27,336 nucleotides of DNA from a virus (taxonomy: Duplodnaviria; Caudoviricetes): the IMG/VR virus record IMGVR_UViG_3300037243_000222, positions 1-27,336 of that record, one strand, 5' to 3'. Both the position numbers and the translations under genes were made by a program. Below, piece after piece: positions 25,104 through 27,336 of the stretch (the first letter of the stretch is position 1; each line of letters begins with the position of its first letter). The notes below the pieces were generated by a model. The model was not told where the DNA came from. It made no database searches and saw only the letters and a list, made by a program, of their open reading frames with translations.

Positions 25104-25332
25104 CAGCAGCGGGGCGCAATCCCGCCTGCGCGTAATCGAGCAGCGCGGTGATGGTGGGCTCGCAGCCGTCGCGCCAAAACAGTTCGAGCACGTAATCGCC
25201 GATCTTGACCACGGGCGCGCTGGCCGATCCCGCGGACTCTAAGAGCTCGCGCTTCCAGGCGGCGAATGGGAGTGGGATCATCCCTCCGGTTGTAGCGAAA
25301 CGGGCAAATCGAGTCTGAGCAAAATTGAACAC
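25054..25332 (-). CDS. Hypothetical protein
   Basis: Abuts stop of 25333-25710; start uncertain. Confidence 0.45.
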   Translation of the reverse strand: MFNFAQTRFARFATTGGMIPLPFAAWKRELLESAGSASAPVVKIGDYVLELFWRDGCEPTITALLDYAQAGLRPAAVTRAQRAERSSATSLL

Positions 25333-25710
25333 TCAGCCGACGAGCGACATTCGCGGCTCTTTGGGGTTGAGAGTTTCATCCGGCTTTGATCCCGGCATGA
25401 GGCGAGGGCGCACAGGCGGGTGGAACGTCTGCTCGTGAGCCACGTCTTTCACCGAAGGATTTTTCTCCAGAATCTCTCGCAGCTCTTCCCAGACATCGTG
25501 ATTGAAGCCACCCTCCGGAGCGGGGCCGTAGCCGCTCGATACAGCGCAGGGACTACAGAAGTGGCGGCGATGCGCCGCAGCGCGGGTGAGCGGCCGAAAC
25601 CCTCGCGTCTGCGCGATGGTGTAGATGACGACGCAAGGGTCGCCGCTTTCGTTGATGTTCTCTGCGGTTTTTAGAGCACGTCCGCAGCGCACGCAGGGTT
25701 CGATTTTCAT
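25333..25710 (-). CDS. Hypothetical protein with two CxxC motifs (125 aa)
   Basis: CVRC...FCSPC. Confidence 0.65.
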   Translation of the reverse strand: MKIEPCVRCGRALKTAENINESGDPCVVIYTIAQTRGFRPLTRAAAHRRHFCSPCAVSSGYGPAPEGGFNHDVWEELREILEKNPSVKDVAHEQTFHPPVRPRLMPGSKPDETLNPKEPRMSLVG

Positions 25711-25848
25711 GTCCGCATTCTAGCCTGTACAGGCTGGAAACACGCGCTTCGTTTGAACCGAGTCAGTAAACAGCGGTGTGACCTCGGTGCAGTTTTGAGT
25801 ACCGCCGTCACTTGGCTGCGCGTGATGGTTGGCCGCTAGAGTGAACTC

Positions 25849-26361
25849 ATGAACGCAGCACTCGCAAAAATTTCGGCGCCGGCGAAGTCGCCGCTTCCTC
25901 CGGAGGTGGACACCGCCGCGGAGGAATTCGGGCACCTCCATAAAGATCTCGCTGATGCGCGGGAAAAACTTAAGACGGCCACGAACAACGCCGTTGATCG
26001 CGAACTCGCGTTGATCGAGTGGGTGCGATCGCACGGAGGACCGCACGCGACGAAATCGAAAATCCTCCACGGGATCCTGTGGGAGATGGTCGCGACGTTC
26101 AGCCAGTACACCACGCAGGACTCCGCCGCGGTCGAGCGCTTGCGCCTGGCGCTGGTGAAGGCGAAACAGACCAGGCTGCTGAAAAAGATTTTTACCAGCG
26201 ACACGCGCTGGACGATGAAGTCGGCCGCGGCCGAGATCGTAAAGACGGAAAAACTCGCGCCCAAGTTGATGGCGCTGCTGCTGATGTGCACCGTGACCGC
26301 CGACAAAAAGCCATCGCTCGATGTGCGGCTGAAGAAGAAGCCGGCACAACCGGCGAGCTGA
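25849..26361 (+). CDS. Basic hypothetical protein (170 aa)
   Basis: Long ORF with protein-like composition, divergent from 25710. Confidence 0.7.
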   Translation: MNAALAKISAPAKSPLPPEVDTAAEEFGHLHKDLADAREKLKTATNNAVDRELALIEWVRSHGGPHATKSKILHGILWEMVATFSQYTTQDSAAVERLRLALVKAKQTRLLKKIFTSDTRWTMKSAAAEIVKTEKLAPKLMALLLMCTVTADKKPSLDVRLKKKPAQPAS

Positions 26362-26366
26362 GCGCG

Positions 26367-26647
26367 TTTCACCCACAGAGACACGAGGTACCCCGAGAAT
26401 GCCGTTGACTTTACATCGCCGCGCTGAGGAACTCTCTCATCTACGCGCCGGCGAGACGGAGCGAATCACGGCGCAAGTCGGGGCGTTCATCACATTCCAC
26501 CTGCGCCGAGAATCCGCCGTCTACAGCGATTTCGCAAACCAGGTCCACGGCAACCACTGGAAACAAGAGCGAGCTGATCGAGCCAAGGCATTAGCCGCGG
26601 CGGCGCGTTAGGGCCGTCCTCTGTGGCTCTGTGGCTCTGTGGTGAAA
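26367..26647. repeat. Family A arms (26367-26388 degenerate, 26619-26647) enclosing a 70-aa ORF
   Basis: tttcacccacagagacacgagg ... ctctgtgg ctctgtgg ctctgtggtgaaa. Confidence 0.75.
26399..26611 (+). CDS. Hypothetical protein (70 aa)
   Basis: GAGGT upstream; fills the space between repeat arms. Confidence 0.5.
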   Translation: MPLTLHRRAEELSHLRAGETERITAQVGAFITFHLRRESAVYSDFANQVHGNHWKQERADRAKALAAAAR

Positions 26648-26749
26648 CCGCCCTTGCGCTGCTGGCTGCGGCAATTCGGCTGTTTCAGATCACCTGAATT
26701 GAAAAAAGCCTTTTTTGCCGCCCTCTTTTACTAATCAGTTAACAGGGAA

Positions 26750-27336
26750 ATGAACTCCGTCGCCCTCTACGCGCGTGTTTCGAAGGACATCTGCCGGACC
26801 TGCGGAAAAGCGGAAGCGGCGCACGATCCGGACGCAGCGGACGGCCACGACTTCCGCGGACAGGATCCGGAGGCTCAACTGCAACCCTTGCGCGAGATGT
26901 GCCGCATGCGCGGCTGGACGATTGTGGACGAGTACATCGACCAGGGTTGGAGCGGCGCCAAAGAATCGCGGCCGGCTCTCGACGAGTTGATGCAGGCCGT
27001 CGACGCGAAGGTGTGCGCATTCCAGGGCGTGGTGGTATGGAAGTTCGATCGCTTCTTCCGCTCCACGCAGCACATGCTGCGGGTGTTGGAAAATTTCCAG
27101 CGTAAAAATCTTGAGTTCATCTCACTGACCGAGCAGATCGACACGTCGACGCCAGTCGGCAGGTTGGTCTTCACACTGCTGGCGGCGATCGCGGAATTTG
27201 AACGCAGCCTGATCGCCGAGCGCATCCGCAACGGGATGAAAAAACAGGGCGCGAAAAAACCCGGGCCGAAGGTTGGCGCTGTGCCATCGCGTTCGACGGT
27301 GTGGCGGCGCAAGCAAACAGCAGGTTCCTCACCCGC
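26750..27336 (+). CDS. Small serine recombinase (resolvase/invertase family), open at window end; missing from the ORF track
   Basis: MNSVALYARVS, SGAKESRPAL, VWKFDRFFRS, IDTSTPVGRLVFTLLAAIAEFERSLIAER. Confidence 0.92.
   Translation, partial: MNSVALYARVSKDICRTCGKAEAAHDPDAADGHDFRGQDPEAQLQPLREMCRMRGWTIVDEYIDQGWSGAKESRPALDELMQAVDAKVCAFQGVVVWKFDRFFRSTQHMLRVLENFQRKNLEFISLTEQIDTSTPVGRLVFTLLAAIAEFERSLIAERIRNGMKKQGAKKPGPKVGAVPSRSTVWRRKQTAGSSP
27319..27336 (-). repeat. Family D REP-like element, cut by window end
   Basis: agcaggttcctcacccgc identical to 24860-24877. Confidence 0.8.

Larger units (their letters stand above)
1..27336 (+). mobile_element. Siphovirus-type (HK97 capsid fold) prophage or phage late region; both ends lie outside the window
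   Basis: Co-oriented portal, protease, capsid, neck, tail tube, chaperone, tape measure, tail tip and lysis genes; no sheath gene. Confidence 0.95.

Noticed and set aside
25849-26361. Mu Gam-like nuclease inhibitor call
   Set aside because: Only a vague helical N-terminal resemblance; no diagnostic motif, so left hypothetical
2949-26647. Family A or D repeats as a CRISPR array or integron attC cassette array
   Set aside because: They are dispersed at gene junctions with no regular repeat-spacer period, no cas or integrase gene is present, and I see no attC-type RYYYAAC/GTTRRRY ends
26690-26749. Sigma70 promoter or att site upstream of the recombinase
   Set aside because: AT-rich, but no convincing -35/-10 pair at correct spacing and no partner repeat found in the window
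1-27336. Gene transfer agent or contractile tailocin interpretation
   Set aside because: No sheath or baseplate wedge genes; morons, a lysis cassette and a recombinase fit a prophage better. Domestication cannot be excluded without flanking sequence

Overview
The whole window is the late (virion, lysis) region of an HK97-capsid, long non-contractile-tail prophage or phage: portal (5'-truncated), prohead protease, major capsid, neck, two tail-tube paralogues, a frameshifting tail chaperone, tape measure, tail tip, lysis genes, small accessory ORFs and a 3'-truncated serine recombinase. An Acidobacteriota-like host is my inference from the repeat styles and is untested. Most unusual: (1) three tightly packed genes in the neck module encode proteins with classic Sec signal peptides and paired cysteines, while no tail-fibre gene follows the J-like gene, suggesting exported virion accessory proteins; (2) almost every non-overlapping gene junction holds one of five families of short hairpin or tandem repeats, some of which supply ribosome-binding sites, bracket small genes or are translated in frame; (3) the same duplicated ~60-aa Trp module is inserted in both the head-tail connector and the J-like tail protein; (4) a 12-bp inverted-repeat-bounded mini-cassette, a stand-alone Fis-type HTH and a serine recombinase with a Zn-finger-like insertion. 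All family calls come from motif recognition and synteny by eye, not database searches.
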